Shown: positions 10,841-21,512, counted from the first letter of the stretch. The stretch is 64,000 nt of DNA from an uncultured Pseudobdellovibrionaceae bacterium (GCA_963803705.1 CAWDNU010000003.1:32001-96000); one strand, 5' to 3'. Notes: a model not told the origin generated them from the letters alone. Translations and numbers: made by a program.

Positions 10841-11552
10841 ATGGAGCAAGCAAAACCCCTTGGTGGTTACACCTATCCAGCGTCATAGCCCCGAAGACAC
10901 AATCCTTTACAAAATCATCCAAGAAAATCTAGAAACGTTCCTAAAACTTGCAAACGATGAACACAATAAACCCTTACCGGACTTCGTTGAAAAAGAATTT
11001 AGAGAATACTTGAAGTGCGGGATTTTAGCCCACGGGTTTTTGAGGGCTAAATGTGAGTCCTGCCCCAATGAACACTTGGTGGCCTTTTCATGTAAACGTC
11101 GTGGCTTTTGCCCAAGTTGCGGCAGCCCGTCGTATGGCAGAGACCGCCATCCACTTGGTGGATGAAGTTTTACCTGTAAAGCCCATCAGACAATGGGTAT
11201 TTAGCTTTCCCATCCAAATCAGACTTCTACTTGCCATCAGACCTAAGATCATGACGGAGATCTTAAACATCGTGACCAAAACCATTTCACAACATTTATG
11301 TAAAAAAGCGGGTTTCAAAAGAACTTCAAGTAAAACCGGAACTAGTCACTTTAATTCAACGCTTTGGTGGATCTATCAACTTAAATATCCATTTTACGGC
11401 CACATGCAAAGCTGTACAGCTTTGCATCCCGCTGCGAAGACCCAAATGTAATTAAGAAGATCCTATCACATTCAGGACTGCCAACTAAGGCTCCGACCGC
11501 ACTACCTGTAAGAGGAGCACCAGATACATTTGATGAATTCAATCCGTTTTAA
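10841..11552 (+). pseudogene. IS91/ISCR-family rolling-circle transposase remnant
   Basis: Zn-binding domain (CGILAHGFLRAKCESC...FSCKRRGFCPSC), RRMAETAIHLVDEVLP..PIRQWVFSFP, IQRFGGSINLNIHF, then a jump to the C-terminus EDPNVIKKILSHSGLPTKAP; several frameshifts. Confidence 0.88.
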
Positions 11553-11758
11553 TGAGTTTCTATAAATTGCAGGCCTTAAAAAAGCCTGAAAGGGCCGTGG
11601 TGCATCTAAAGCACCTATCTTATCGCCAGAAATGCACATCTTAGCCAAAAACTCTTGCCTAAAACCGGATCTAGGGATGAAATTTAAGTGTTAATCGCCT
11701 TAACTTACCAAAAAATGCGGGGTTGATACTTCTTGATGGGCTAGAAAATGGCTATTGA

Positions 11759-12307
11759 TTGTCCTGCCCTCATTCTGGCAAGACGGATCCTTTGATGTGT
11801 AATGTTCAGGGCGAAATCAAAGGCTGCCGCGTGGATTGGACAGTAACTTCAGGACTTTTACCTCATAGACAAGTTTGTGAATCTTCAAATAGAAAGTTTA
11901 TTAACCCAATGCTTAAAGGTATGGCCAGAACCTTGGGTCAATCTTGCAATTTAAAAATCAAGTATGCTCGAATGACTGCTAAAGATGATCCTCAAGCTGA
12001 AATGAGATTGGCTAACATGATGAGTCAGTCAAAACTCTGGAATAGGTATTCTAGATCTAAACGCTCTGGGGTTAGAGATAAGAAAGTGGTTAAGTTCCCA
12101 ACAAAATTAATTAAAAAAGTAGTTCAAATTAAAGGTGTTTTTTCTGAATTCACTGAAGCATTAGGTGCCCATGGTTACGACTTTGCAGTTGAAAAAGTAG
12201 AAGTCACAGACTTAAACTCTTTAACTGAAAGCAGACATTTTAAAACTTTAATGAATGTTAAAACTCAAAATAGTTTTATTGTTCCAGAAAACATACGAAT
12301 TGTTTGA
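11759..12307 (+). CDS. Hypothetical protein (5' end uncertain, possibly a fragment)
   Basis: 182-aa ORF with no recognisable motif. Confidence 0.45.
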   Translation: MSCPHSGKTDPLMCNVQGEIKGCRVDWTVTSGLLPHRQVCESSNRKFINPMLKGMARTLGQSCNLKIKYARMTAKDDPQAEMRLANMMSQSKLWNRYSRSKRSGVRDKKVVKFPTKLIKKVVQIKGVFSEFTEALGAHGYDFAVEKVEVTDLNSLTESRHFKTLMNVKTQNSFIVPENIRIV

Positions 12308-12600
12308 TTGAATAAAGCCTTTAAAGATGGACAATAACAAAGACTAAGAGTGCCTCAAAAAGTAAATGCTAATAAAAATTTGCAAGAAAGACTTTCTTCT
12401 AAAAAGAAGTTTTAGTTAAATTAATAGATTAAGCTAATTGAATCTGATTCGCTTAATCCTCATAATCTTATTATCTCTGTATTTAATTAAATTCCTAAGC
12501 AGAATGCTCTAAAAAGCATTTTAAAATGACAAAATACGTCTTAGTGAAACATAAATCTACATTTCTTGCCTGCTCAAAACGAAACAAATGAATTTAAACC

Positions 12601-12616
12601 TGGATTCTGAATTGCA
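12601..12616 (+). promoter_or_regulatory. Putative sigma-54 promoter
   Basis: TGGATTCTGAATTGCA fits GG-N10-GC, 60 bp upstream of 12677. Confidence 0.4.
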
Positions 12617-12676
12617 AAAAGTTGACTGAACTAATTACTGAACATAATCCACAATTTAAATTTTTAAGGAGCAAAA

Positions 12677-14044
12677 ATGCAAAGTCGTAAAATAAAATCG
12701 TTAATTCTACTATTAAGTTTATCTTATATAGTTGGATGTAAATCGAGTAGTCCTAATAAAGTAAGGCTAAATGCCAGCGAGATCATCAAAGATGAAACCA
12801 TATCAGTTACAGATAAGGCTGAAAAATTGGCATTAGCTGCAGAGCAGTTGATAAGCCCAAGTGGTATTGATTATGCTGATCAGGTTTTAGATGTAGCCCT
12901 TCAGTTAGATCCAACTAATTTTAGAGCTAATCTGTATAAGAAATTTTTAGCTCCGACTATAAAGCTTAAAGGTGTTATGGCACGAGCCGAAAAAATGATG
13001 ACAACTACTCCTAGCAGTCAGTCTCGCTATAAAGAAGAGTTGATTCATGCAGATTCAATTGGACTTAAAGACTTTTTAGTTTCTGGGGCAGAAAATGATG
13101 TAAAAAATGAAGCTGATGTTCAGTCATTATTAACAGAAGTTTATGACAGTTATAATGAGTTTAGATTATTTTTAAAAAGTAACAAAAATAATGAAATCAC
13201 TTTGAATTTAAACCCACATCTTTGGGAAGCGAAAGTCGAAGATCAATGGGAAAAATGTAAAGTAGAAAAAGTTACTACTCATACTTATGGTTTTCATGAT
13301 CAATATTCATGGGAAGACTATAATTATGATATTTCCAACTGTAAATTTGATGAAGCATTAACTATTAAAGTAAACAGAGCTGATCTTGAAGGTATGCAAC
13401 AAATAGCTTCAGGTATGATGATTTATATGACAGCCTTTTTATCTTATGATCTTTCAGGTTTTATTGATTATAATAAAAAATATGGTAATAAAAATCTAAG
13501 TTCTAATAGAGTTTACAGAGAGCTTTTAAAAAACAAAAAGTTCGGTACTTTAAGATCGAAAAGATTTTTGAACTTAATTCCTGAATTAGGCCTAGATGCA
13601 GTTACAGGTTTAAGATGGGCTTTAAGTATGAATAAAGAACTTTGTAAAAAAGGTCCTTCGGATAAAACAAACAGACCTAACCACGTATTTGAAAGTGGTC
13701 TTTGTGTTGAAAGTTTAAATGACAGTAACTTCACTGGGATTTCTGGTAGTAAAAATGTTTCTGAGCTTATGACAGTTGTAGAAATAGCACTTAAAGGCGG
13801 CGTAATTAATCAAGCTTTTGGTGGTCCCGAGTATGCTTATGATTGGTCTAAAGACGACGATGTTATTGTTGCAGAAGCTTACACAACCGAAATTAAGCCT
13901 ATCGAATTTCTTAAAAATCCTATTGAGGATATTAGAGAATTAGATATTAACTTCAATGGCGTTTCTACAATTAATAAAGTGTCTGATCCTACATTGATGG
14001 GTGTTTTCCCTAATCAAGATTTTAACTATATAATCAACTTGTAA
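12677..14044 (+). CDS. Hypothetical lipoprotein
   Basis: AAGGAG RBS, lipobox IVGC, TPR-like ALQLDPTNFRA. Confidence 0.8.
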   Translation: MQSRKIKSLILLLSLSYIVGCKSSSPNKVRLNASEIIKDETISVTDKAEKLALAAEQLISPSGIDYADQVLDVALQLDPTNFRANLYKKFLAPTIKLKGVMARAEKMMTTTPSSQSRYKEELIHADSIGLKDFLVSGAENDVKNEADVQSLLTEVYDSYNEFRLFLKSNKNNEITLNLNPHLWEAKVEDQWEKCKVEKVTTHTYGFHDQYSWEDYNYDISNCKFDEALTIKVNRADLEGMQQIASGMMIYMTAFLSYDLSGFIDYNKKYGNKNLSSNRVYRELLKNKKFGTLRSKRFLNLIPELGLDAVTGLRWALSMNKELCKKGPSDKTNRPNHVFESGLCVESLNDSNFTGISGSKNVSELMTVVEIALKGGVINQAFGGPEYAYDWSKDDDVIVAEAYTTEIKPIEFLKNPIEDIRELDINFNGVSTINKVSDPTLMGVFPNQDFNYIINL

Positions 14045-14053
14045 AGTTAAGAT

Positions 14054-14446
14054 ATGTCCAATCAAAAAAATCTCAAATCTAAAAGCAAAGCCTTAGTTTC
14101 AGGGCTTTGCTTTTTTGCGTTTTTAATGTCACAAGTGACTTACGCCGCTTTTTTAGGTGGAGAAATTAAAGGATATTCATTTAAGACTTGTTTACAAAAA
14201 TGTTGTGTAATTTTAAAATCAGAGAAAGCTTATTTAGGTAAAATTTTTAAAGGTTATGCTTTTGATCAAGCCACTTTAAAAATTGAATCATTATCAGGTG
14301 AAGCGTTAAAAAGTATAAATTCGAATGATGTTGTTTACGATCTCGATTTAAATCGTATTTTTATGCGTGATTTGATTGCCGGTATTGATGCTGAAGAGCT
14401 TGTTTTTAGCTTTGATACCGAAACTATGGAAGAGTTTAAATGGTAA
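14054..14446 (+). CDS. Hypothetical exported protein
   Basis: 130-aa ORF in an operon; hydrophobic N-terminus. Confidence 0.6.
   Translation: MSNQKNLKSKSKALVSGLCFFAFLMSQVTYAAFLGGEIKGYSFKTCLQKCCVILKSEKAYLGKIFKGYAFDQATLKIESLSGEALKSINSNDVVYDLDLNRIFMRDLIAGIDAEELVFSFDTETMEEFKW
14081..14116 (+). terminator. Intrinsic terminator-like hairpin after the lipoprotein gene
   Basis: AAAAGCAAAGCCTT-AGTTTC-AGGGCTTTGCTTTTTT. Confidence 0.6.
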
Positions 14447-15030
14447 ATAAAATAGTACTTATTATATTTATATGTTTGAATTTTATGGGTTGCACCTTTG
14501 AAAATCGAAAGCCAAACCTTTTAGAACTAGACTTATCCACTTGCAGTGGTTTTCAAAAAAACCAGAAGAAGCAAACTACCTACTGGGGTAAAAATTTTCC
14601 CATTCAATACCAGGTAAGTGATACTGAACTGTCAGAAGCTTCCGAAAAAGCAACTGAAATTTGGAATCAGGCTTTAGGTTTTGAAGCATTTAGAATTTCA
14701 GATTCTCAAAGTTTAAATAAAATTTTATTTCATAAAAATTGGGATGAAAGTTTACTTAACCCAGGGTCAAATATTTTAATTGAATATGATGGAGCAGTGT
14801 ACAGTTCTCAAATTATTTTAAATCAAGAGAATTATGATTTTGGTTTAAATTTAGAAATTAACAAAATTGATTTAATTTCAGTGTTAATCCATGAAATGGG
14901 TCATTCTTTAGGCCTAGCTCATATAGATTCAACGGATTCAATTATGTCTGAAAGCCTCTCAAAAGGGCAAGTTGTCAGGTACATAGGTGATCAAGATATC
15001 ACGAATGTTTTGTGTGCTTACGTCAAATAG
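14440..15030 (+). CDS. Matrixin-family (M10) zinc metalloprotease lipoprotein
   Basis: HEMGHSLGLAH plus Met-turn SIMS; lipobox FMGC. Confidence 0.88.
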   Translation: MVNKIVLIIFICLNFMGCTFENRKPNLLELDLSTCSGFQKNQKKQTTYWGKNFPIQYQVSDTELSEASEKATEIWNQALGFEAFRISDSQSLNKILFHKNWDESLLNPGSNILIEYDGAVYSSQIILNQENYDFGLNLEINKIDLISVLIHEMGHSLGLAHIDSTDSIMSESLSKGQVVRYIGDQDITNVLCAYVK

Positions 15031-15164
15031 TTCTATTGTAAACCTTCCAAGCGTGTCAAGTGGTGCTTAAATGACAAAAAAGCCCTTTAAATTTAAAAAG
15101 CATTTTAATAATATTATACTGCTGTCTAGCTCAGACGAAGTTTCACTTCGTCCTGGAGCTTTTC

Positions 15165-15430
15165 CTAATTAAAAACTTTCATCAAAGCTGACTTGCCGTT
15201 GATGCCGACTTGGTAAGCTGAAACACGTCGTTCAAAAAAATTAGCTAGTTCTTGATTGTCTTGTAAGTCCATAAGTGGGAATGGGCTTTTAGAACCAAAG
15301 ACTTTAGGCAAACTTAGCATACCAAGGCGTTGATCCGTGATAAATTCTAGGTAAGTTCTCATGTCTTTAGCAGATGGCACTGCAATCCCAGAACCCAATG
15401 CATCTTCAGCAAATTGCATTTCGCATTCGA
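15165..15430 (-). pseudogene. nrdB: Ribonucleotide reductase beta subunit, C-terminal fragment
   Basis: ECEMQFAEDALG...YLEFITDQRL...PFPLMDLQDNQELANFFERRVSAYQVG; N-terminal part absent. Confidence 0.85.
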
Positions 15431-15459
15431 AGCTTCTTTTAACATTACAATGACCATGC

Positions 15460-15672
15460 TTTGTAGGCTTTTTTACAGCCAGTTCATACACCTACTACAT
15501 GAACAAAAGTAAGGGGCATATGGAGGCCAGTAAATTTACGTTCCTGATGGCCATAACAAACTTATGTGAGGTCGTGGCGGTCTTCAGTATGGGGAAAATG
15601 ATCACTCAATTGGATTTGACCTACTTCACCAGTTTTTTAGTGTGCACGGCGATCGGTCTAATGGGTTTATTA
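15460..15672 (+). repeat. 213-bp direct repeat copy 2 (MFS 3' fragment, ORF 15499-15717)
   Basis: Identical to 10481-10693, then diverges into a different C-terminus. Confidence 0.95.
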
Positions 15673-15797
15673 ATACTAAAAAAATGTACAGAAAACCATA
15701 GGATTATTAATTGCTAACTTTTAATTAACGGGCCAGTTGCATTCAGATAAGCGGCGATTTATACCTTGCTCTGATTAGCTTTAAGCCAGGATACTTA

Positions 15798-16267
15798 ATG
15801 ACCAATAATGACAGTTTAAGAAGTTTACGTTACACGTTTAACCTTGAAGATTCTGAAGTGATCGAGATTTTTTTGAAAGCAGAATGCATCGTAACACGCA
15901 CTCAAGTCAGTGCCTGGCTGAAAAAAGATAGCGATCCCAACTTCGAGTCTATGGACGGCTCTAAATTGGCAAGCTTTCTAAATGGTTTAATTATTAAAAA
16001 TCGCGGTAAAAAAGAGGGGCCAACCCCAAACCCCGAAAAATGGATGAATAACAATCTTATTCTGAAAAAAATTAAGATTGCATTAGACCTTAAAAGTGAT
16101 GACATTAATGCGCTTCTTAAATCCGCGGGTGTCTTTTGAGTGATCACGAGCTTTCGGCGTTTTTTAGAAAACCAGATCACAAAAATTTTAAGAAGTGCCA
16201 AGATCAAGTGTTGCGCTGTTTTTTAAAAGGTTTACAAATAAAATATAGACCAGAAAAACCGAAATAG
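15798..16267 (+). pseudogene. DUF1456/YehS-family protein, frameshifted near 16135
   Basis: MTNNDSLRSLRY...LNGLIIKNRG...NNLILKKIKIAL continues in another frame as SDHELSAFFRKPDHKNFKKCQDQVLRCFLKGL. Confidence 0.85.
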
Positions 16268-16396
16268 AAATAAACCTTTGGTTTTTAATGCGCTAGTCGA
16301 AAGATTTAGAAAGTTGATGCTATCTCTACGAGACCTTAACACCTACTATAAACTCCCAACTTTAAATCTAAGTATTGTAACAGCTGATTACAAGGA

Positions 16397-17803
16397 TTAA
16401 TCGTTTTTAATTTGATTTTTCATAACATTAACTATGGAGTTTCGTCCGTAACGTTTGATTGAGTATAAGTACATAATTGCACCAAAAGAAAACCACACTA
16501 TGATGATGATCCATTCTTTAGGCCAGGAAAGGGCAGAGGGTTTACCTGGCAGAAATAAAAAGCCCATCCCAAGACTCAGCAGCACTGAAAAATAACCCAC
16601 AAGTTTACCGAATTTAACTTTGAAGGGTCTTTCCATTTCAGGTTCCCTAAAACGCAAAATTAGAAACGACAAAGAAACTAAAGTCCATGAAATGATAATC
16701 GCTAGGCCACCTGCATTGACCAACCAAACCATTGCTTTTCTACCGAATAGTGGAGCTAAGGCTGTTAAAAAGCCGATCAGCATGATAGCGCGGGTGGGGG
16801 TATTATATTTAGGATGCAAATGCGAAAAGTATTTTGGCAGCATATTTGAGTGGGCCATGGCGTAGATGGCTCTGCTTGCCCCTAAATAAAATCCATTCCA
16901 ACTTGTTAATATTCCGGCAATTCCAGCTAAAATTAAAAAAGTAGCTGCCCAGTCACTCCGAAATAAAACTCGCATTGAATCCGCAGTGGCTAGATGTGTT
17001 GTTTGTAGCATTTCCATACTTAAGGCTTTTGATACTCCGAAAATTATAAGCACGTACCAAAAAACAGAAAGAACTACAGAAAAAATTAGGACTTTTCCAA
17101 TCTGTTTAAACGGTAGGTTAATCTCTTCTGCTGCTTGGGGTATAACGTCAAAGCCAACAAACATAAATGGGGTCATCACCAGAACAGCAAAATAGCCACC
17201 CCAACTATTTGAAAATAAGGGTTTCATGTTTTCGATATTTGCTGCTGGCGAAAATATCCCCCCCAACATTAATAGAAGCCCTGCGGCTAAAATAAATAAA
17301 ATAAGTACCCATTGTAAAAAAGCAGCGGGCTTTGCACCAAAATAGTTGATTGCGCAAACGAGCAGCGATCCACCTACACCGATTAAAGCCCAGCTTGCGT
17401 AAACATCCCACCCTGCAATCGTCCAAAGAAAACCTGCATTTAAGTTTGGAGCTAAAATGCTTATTACAGTAGGTAAAGCAACAGCTTCAAAAGCTGAAAC
17501 AGACACATAACCTAATATAATTGCCCAGGTGCAAACAAAAGATGCCCCAACCCCAAGGCCACGGTAACTAAAAACGTGTTCACCGCCTACTTTGGGCATC
17601 GCAGACGTTAGCTCTGCGTAGGTTAAGCCGACTAGTGTTACAATTAGGCCACCAGTCAAAAAAGCTAAGATGGCGCCAATCGATCCAGCTTTTAAAATCC
17701 AAGTCTGACTTAATACGACCCAGCCCCATCCAATCATGGCGCCAAAAGATAGAGATAAAACGTCTCTTTTATTTAAAATGCGAGTGAAGTTGTCTTTTGA
17801 CAT
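16397..17803 (-). CDS. APC-family amino acid permease
   Basis: GAMIGWGW, YAELTSAMPKVGGE, FVGFD, ERPFKV. Confidence 0.92.
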   Translation of the reverse strand: MSKDNFTRILNKRDVLSLSFGAMIGWGWVVLSQTWILKAGSIGAILAFLTGGLIVTLVGLTYAELTSAMPKVGGEHVFSYRGLGVGASFVCTWAIILGYVSVSAFEAVALPTVISILAPNLNAGFLWTIAGWDVYASWALIGVGGSLLVCAINYFGAKPAAFLQWVLILFILAAGLLLMLGGIFSPAANIENMKPLFSNSWGGYFAVLVMTPFMFVGFDVIPQAAEEINLPFKQIGKVLIFSVVLSVFWYVLIIFGVSKALSMEMLQTTHLATADSMRVLFRSDWAATFLILAGIAGILTSWNGFYLGASRAIYAMAHSNMLPKYFSHLHPKYNTPTRAIMLIGFLTALAPLFGRKAMVWLVNAGGLAIIISWTLVSLSFLILRFREPEMERPFKVKFGKLVGYFSVLLSLGMGFLFLPGKPSALSWPKEWIIIIVWFSFGAIMYLYSIKRYGRNSIVNVMKNQIKND

Positions 17804-17990
17804 AGAAGATTAAGCTATCATCATATTTTTTATTACTACAGGTAAATATAAATTTTAAGTCGTGTTTGCAAATTGATTTATAAACTTGCGTCAGCGTAAC
17901 TTTTTAAGCGGAAGCCAGATAAATGGTCTTAAGTTTTTTGCCGAAACCAATTATCCTTGAGTCGTAATCTAAAGCTGGTTATAAAGGCCT

Positions 17991-18422
17991 ATGGATGAGG
18001 TTTATAAACTGGGGCAAAAAGTAGATCTGATCATCCTAAAAGAGACTGACCTTGGGTATGTGGCCAGGATTAATGATGTTCACGAAGGTCTACTTTACCA
18101 TGATGAAATTTTTGAAAGACTAGAGCTTGGACAAGTCGTAACGGGCTTTATTAAGAAAGTGCGGCCTGATGGCGGCATTGACCTATTACTTCAGGCTTTC
18201 GGGAACTTTGGAACAGAAGAGCTTGCTGCTAAGCTTTTAGAAATTTTGAAGGACAATCAAGGTTTCATACCGGTTAATGCAAAATCACCTGCAGAACAGA
18301 TTTATAACATTAGTGGGGTGAGTCGAAAAAAGTTTAAAATGGCAATTGGGCACTTGTATAAAAAGCGTCTTATTAAGTTCACTGATAATGGGACTAAGTT
18401 AATTACTGATAAAATCCAATGA
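17991..18422 (+). CDS. CvfB-like S1/winged-helix RNA-binding protein (short form)
   Basis: ETDLGY...GLLYHDE...KVRPDGGIDL...KSPAEQIY..SRKKFKMAIGHLYK. Confidence 0.85.
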   Translation: MDEVYKLGQKVDLIILKETDLGYVARINDVHEGLLYHDEIFERLELGQVVTGFIKKVRPDGGIDLLLQAFGNFGTEELAAKLLEILKDNQGFIPVNAKSPAEQIYNISGVSRKKFKMAIGHLYKKRLIKFTDNGTKLITDKIQ

Positions 18423-18436
18423 TCTTCAAGGTTGGG

Positions 18437-19000
18437 TTAGATTGGTTCTTGAAGCTTTTCATAGAGCTTAAGACCAATCCAAGCATCTGTAGCAGCATAC
18501 TTAAGTTGTGCTTCAGTTAAGGTTTCCGACTCCCAATTGGTCATCTTAGCCCCTTTAGAAACCGTTCCCTTAAGAATCTCTTCGGACATTCCTTTTAAGC
18601 CAAATTTTTTTAGACCTTTTTGTTTGGCTAAAGTTTGCAATTCAACAAATCCCTGGGGCTGAAATTTAAAAGTTTTTTGTAATGTCATAATATCATCCCG
18701 TATAGCTACGCCAGCTTTTATAACTTTGGGATTTTCAAGCACATCTACTAAAGTTTGGAAGTCAGAAATTTTGTGAAGTCTTATTAAGTAAGCGTCGGTT
18801 TCTGTAGATAGTTGGAATAGGGCTACTTTATAGATTTGCCCTTTTACGAAACTAGGTTTAGTTTCTGTGTCAAAACCTAAGATTTTAGCAGCATTTAAAT
18901 TGGCAGAGATATTGAAGAGTTCCGTATTATTAAGAATTAGATGGATCTGCCCTTGAAAGGAAAGAATTTTCTTTTTAATATTGGTATCTTGATCAGTCAT
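18437..19000 (-). CDS. 3'-5' exonuclease (DnaQ-like, WRN/RNase D type)
   Basis: GFDTETKP, GLKGM, NWE..LTEAQLKYAATDAW. Confidence 0.9.
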   Translation of the reverse strand: MTDQDTNIKKKILSFQGQIHLILNNTELFNISANLNAAKILGFDTETKPSFVKGQIYKVALFQLSTETDAYLIRLHKISDFQTLVDVLENPKVIKAGVAIRDDIMTLQKTFKFQPQGFVELQTLAKQKGLKKFGLKGMSEEILKGTVSKGAKMTNWESETLTEAQLKYAATDAWIGLKLYEKLQEPI

Positions 19001-19140
19001 CAGTTTAGATGAGCTTACTTGAACATTTAAAGTTTTTCACTGAAAAACTGTCTTTAGTTTATTTTAAATTTAGCAGACTTGGATTTTATTCACTTGATAA
19101 TAAAGCTATTTTCTATAACTTTAGAGTAGGCTGTTTAGCT

Positions 19141-19190
19141 TAACTTAGTTTAACTTAGCTTAACTTAGTATAACTTAACTTAACTTAACA
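19141..19190. repeat. Degenerate 10-bp tandem repeat TAACTTAGnT
   Basis: taacttagtt taacttagct taacttagta taacttaact taacttaaca. Confidence 0.7.
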
Positions 19191-19260
19191 TGGTTGAATC
19201 TGAATTGACTATGCACATTTTTGAACTCGCTCCAAATTACAATTTCAGAGGTATCTATAA

Positions 19261-19716
19261 GTGAAGTCGCAGTCTGATTGTCCAAAAAAGATGACTACAT
19301 ATGTTTTTCAGTATTCATTCACAAAAAATCCGATGAAGGCTGAAAAGATGTGGGCAAAGCTTCAACTAAGAGAGACCTTCGTCAAGAGTCAGCTTTTTCC
19401 TTACAAGGTAGAGTTCGATGCTCCTTCTCAGAAAGGCCCATTTAAAACCGGGGAGCTTAACATTCATCATGGCCCCTTGATGAGCCTGCATGGAATCATC
19501 GGCGAAATTACTGTGACCTACAGGGATTTACAGTATTTTTACGGCTCTTATGTCTTTACCTTTAGATGGATAAGGCCAACCAGGCTAGAATTTTTTAAAG
19601 ACGGTAACCGAATCACTGTTAAGCTTACCTATTTTGTTAAGCCGTGGATCAAACCTCTTTGGGCGGGCTTTAATTGGTTTTTTTGGCGACTATTTTCGAT
19701 CACATTAATTGTTTAG
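19261..19716 (+). CDS. Hypothetical protein (possibly SRPBCC-like)
   Basis: 151-aa ORF. Confidence 0.6.
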   Translation: MKSQSDCPKKMTTYVFQYSFTKNPMKAEKMWAKLQLRETFVKSQLFPYKVEFDAPSQKGPFKTGELNIHHGPLMSLHGIIGEITVTYRDLQYFYGSYVFTFRWIRPTRLEFFKDGNRITVKLTYFVKPWIKPLWAGFNWFFWRLFSITLIV

Positions 19717-19758
19717 GATCAGTTATTAAAAGCTGTTATAGTTTAGAAATTAGTAAGT

Positions 19759-19883
19759 GGGCCTGTTGAAAAAGCATCATCTTCGTTGTTGCCTTCGCTT
19801 AAATCTCATTCGACGTAGATAAACTACGACTCATTCGATTTTAAGCTTGGACGCCTAGAATCTAATACTTTTTCAACAGGCCC
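19759..19883. mobile_element. 125-bp MITE-like palindromic element
   Basis: Perfect 16-bp TIR GGGCCTGTTGAAAAAG / CTTTTTCAACAGGCCC, flanked by a 4-bp direct repeat AAGT; internal hairpin CGTAG..CTACG. Confidence 0.8.
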
Positions 19884-19931
19884 AAGTGTTTATAGTGGTG
19901 CGAATTTATTAGTTTAAAATTAGGAGAGGCC

Positions 19932-20303
19932 TTGGATTTTTTCGCTTTAACATATTATTTGGCTCCATTAATTGGTTTAACTACTGTTGCAATCGGCGTC
20001 GGCGCGATTTTGAGACCTCAGCACATGTCTGGTAATTTTGGGATCGTAGCAAGCGGAACAGCGAATCCATATGTGGTAAGTGTTGGTATCCGAGACATAT
20101 TTATGGGGTTTGTAATTTTAAACCTATATTTCAATCAGTTATGGAACGAGCTAAGTTTTGTGCTATTTTGCGTGGGTATGGTGGCTATTTCAGATTTTCT
20201 TGTGGTTCATAGAAATGGCAGCAAAAAAACAGCACTTGTTCATCTTTTAGGCGCAATTGCTGTTACGAGTTATGGGGCCTGGCTGTTGTTTATTACGGCC
20301 TAA
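19932..20303 (+). CDS. DUF4267-like membrane protein
   Basis: 4 TM; FGI, GIRDIFMG, SDFLVV, HLLG. Confidence 0.7.
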   Translation: MDFFALTYYLAPLIGLTTVAIGVGAILRPQHMSGNFGIVASGTANPYVVSVGIRDIFMGFVILNLYFNQLWNELSFVLFCVGMVAISDFLVVHRNGSKKTALVHLLGAIAVTSYGAWLLFITA

Positions 20304-20312
20304 GCATATTAA

Positions 20313-21437
20313 TTGGATTTACACCTGGTCACTCCAGCGATATCACCATACAATTTACATATGCTTACAGCAGTTTTTTGGCGAAAAAAACTTTTGCCTT
20401 ACATTCGTAAATCTAACGTAATTGCCGCTCGGCAAGTTTTGCTAACTTTTGTGCCTTTCGTTGCCTTGTGGATAGGGTATGCCTACTTTGTTGAAATTTC
20501 TAATTGGTGGGCTATCGCGTTTTTGATTCCAGTGACTTTGTTTATACTGCGTATGTTTGTGTTAATGCACGATTGTGGACATGGTTCACTATTTCGATCT
20601 AGACGTGCTAATCAGGTTGTAGGCTTTGTACTTGGGGTTTTCACTGGCATGCCTCAATATGTCTGGTCAAAAAATCATGCTTTTCACCACAATACTAACG
20701 GTGATTGGGTAAAATATGGCGGTGTATTTAATATTATGACCACTGACCAGTACGCATGTCTGCCAAAAAGTAAGCAAAAACTTTATTGGCTTTTCCGCCA
20801 ACCAGCTATTTTACTACCTGCTGGTTTTTTATATATCCTGTTTAATCCAAGATTCAACTGGATCGTTGGGAACTTGGCTATGTTTTTTAAAATTGTCCGT
20901 CCTCTTATGACTTTAAATTTTTCTAAAAGTGTTGATGTGGCTAAAAAGTGGCAGACAAAATATTGGAAGGGTAAAAAAGATTATCTTCATATGACTTATA
21001 ATAATGTCGCTTTAATTTCAATTTGGATAGTGATGAGTTTACTTATAGGGACAGGTGATTTTTTTCTTTTATACATCACTTCTGTTTCTTTGGCGGGGTC
21101 CATCGGCATATTGATGTTCGCAGTTCAACATAATTTTGAAGATTCCTACGCAACTGACACTGTGAATGTGAACCATTACAAAGCTGCCTTAGAGGGAACC
21201 AGCATGCTTGTGCTGCCTAATTTTTTAAATTGGTTTACTGCTAATATCGCTTACCACCATTTGCACCATTTATCTACGGCAATTCCCAACTATAGATTAG
21301 CTGCTTGTCACCAAGAGTGGGAACACTTATTTACAGATATAAAGAGGGTGCACTTAAGTGAACTGCTTACTACATTTAACTATCAGCTATGGAATCCTGA
21401 GAAACAGAAATTAGTACTAACTAAACAGATTAGTTAA
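20313..21437 (+). CDS. Membrane fatty acid desaturase
   Basis: His boxes HDCGH, HAFHH, HHLHH; IPNYRL. Confidence 0.92.
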   Translation: MDLHLVTPAISPYNLHMLTAVFWRKKLLPYIRKSNVIAARQVLLTFVPFVALWIGYAYFVEISNWWAIAFLIPVTLFILRMFVLMHDCGHGSLFRSRRANQVVGFVLGVFTGMPQYVWSKNHAFHHNTNGDWVKYGGVFNIMTTDQYACLPKSKQKLYWLFRQPAILLPAGFLYILFNPRFNWIVGNLAMFFKIVRPLMTLNFSKSVDVAKKWQTKYWKGKKDYLHMTYNNVALISIWIVMSLLIGTGDFFLLYITSVSLAGSIGILMFAVQHNFEDSYATDTVNVNHYKAALEGTSMLVLPNFLNWFTANIAYHHLHHLSTAIPNYRLAACHQEWEHLFTDIKRVHLSELLTTFNYQLWNPEKQKLVLTKQIS

Positions 21438-21484
21438 ATTAATTACTAATAACTAAAATTTATATAGCCAACAATCTGCTGTTG

Positions 21485-21512
21485 AGTTTCAATAAAAGTA
21501 GTTATTGAAACT
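21485..21512. other. dif-like recombination site S1 (symmetric)
   Basis: AGTTTCAATAA-AAGTAG-TTATTGAAACT: perfect 11-bp arms and a 6-bp spacer, about 150 bp upstream of a tyrosine recombinase gene. Confidence 0.65.
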
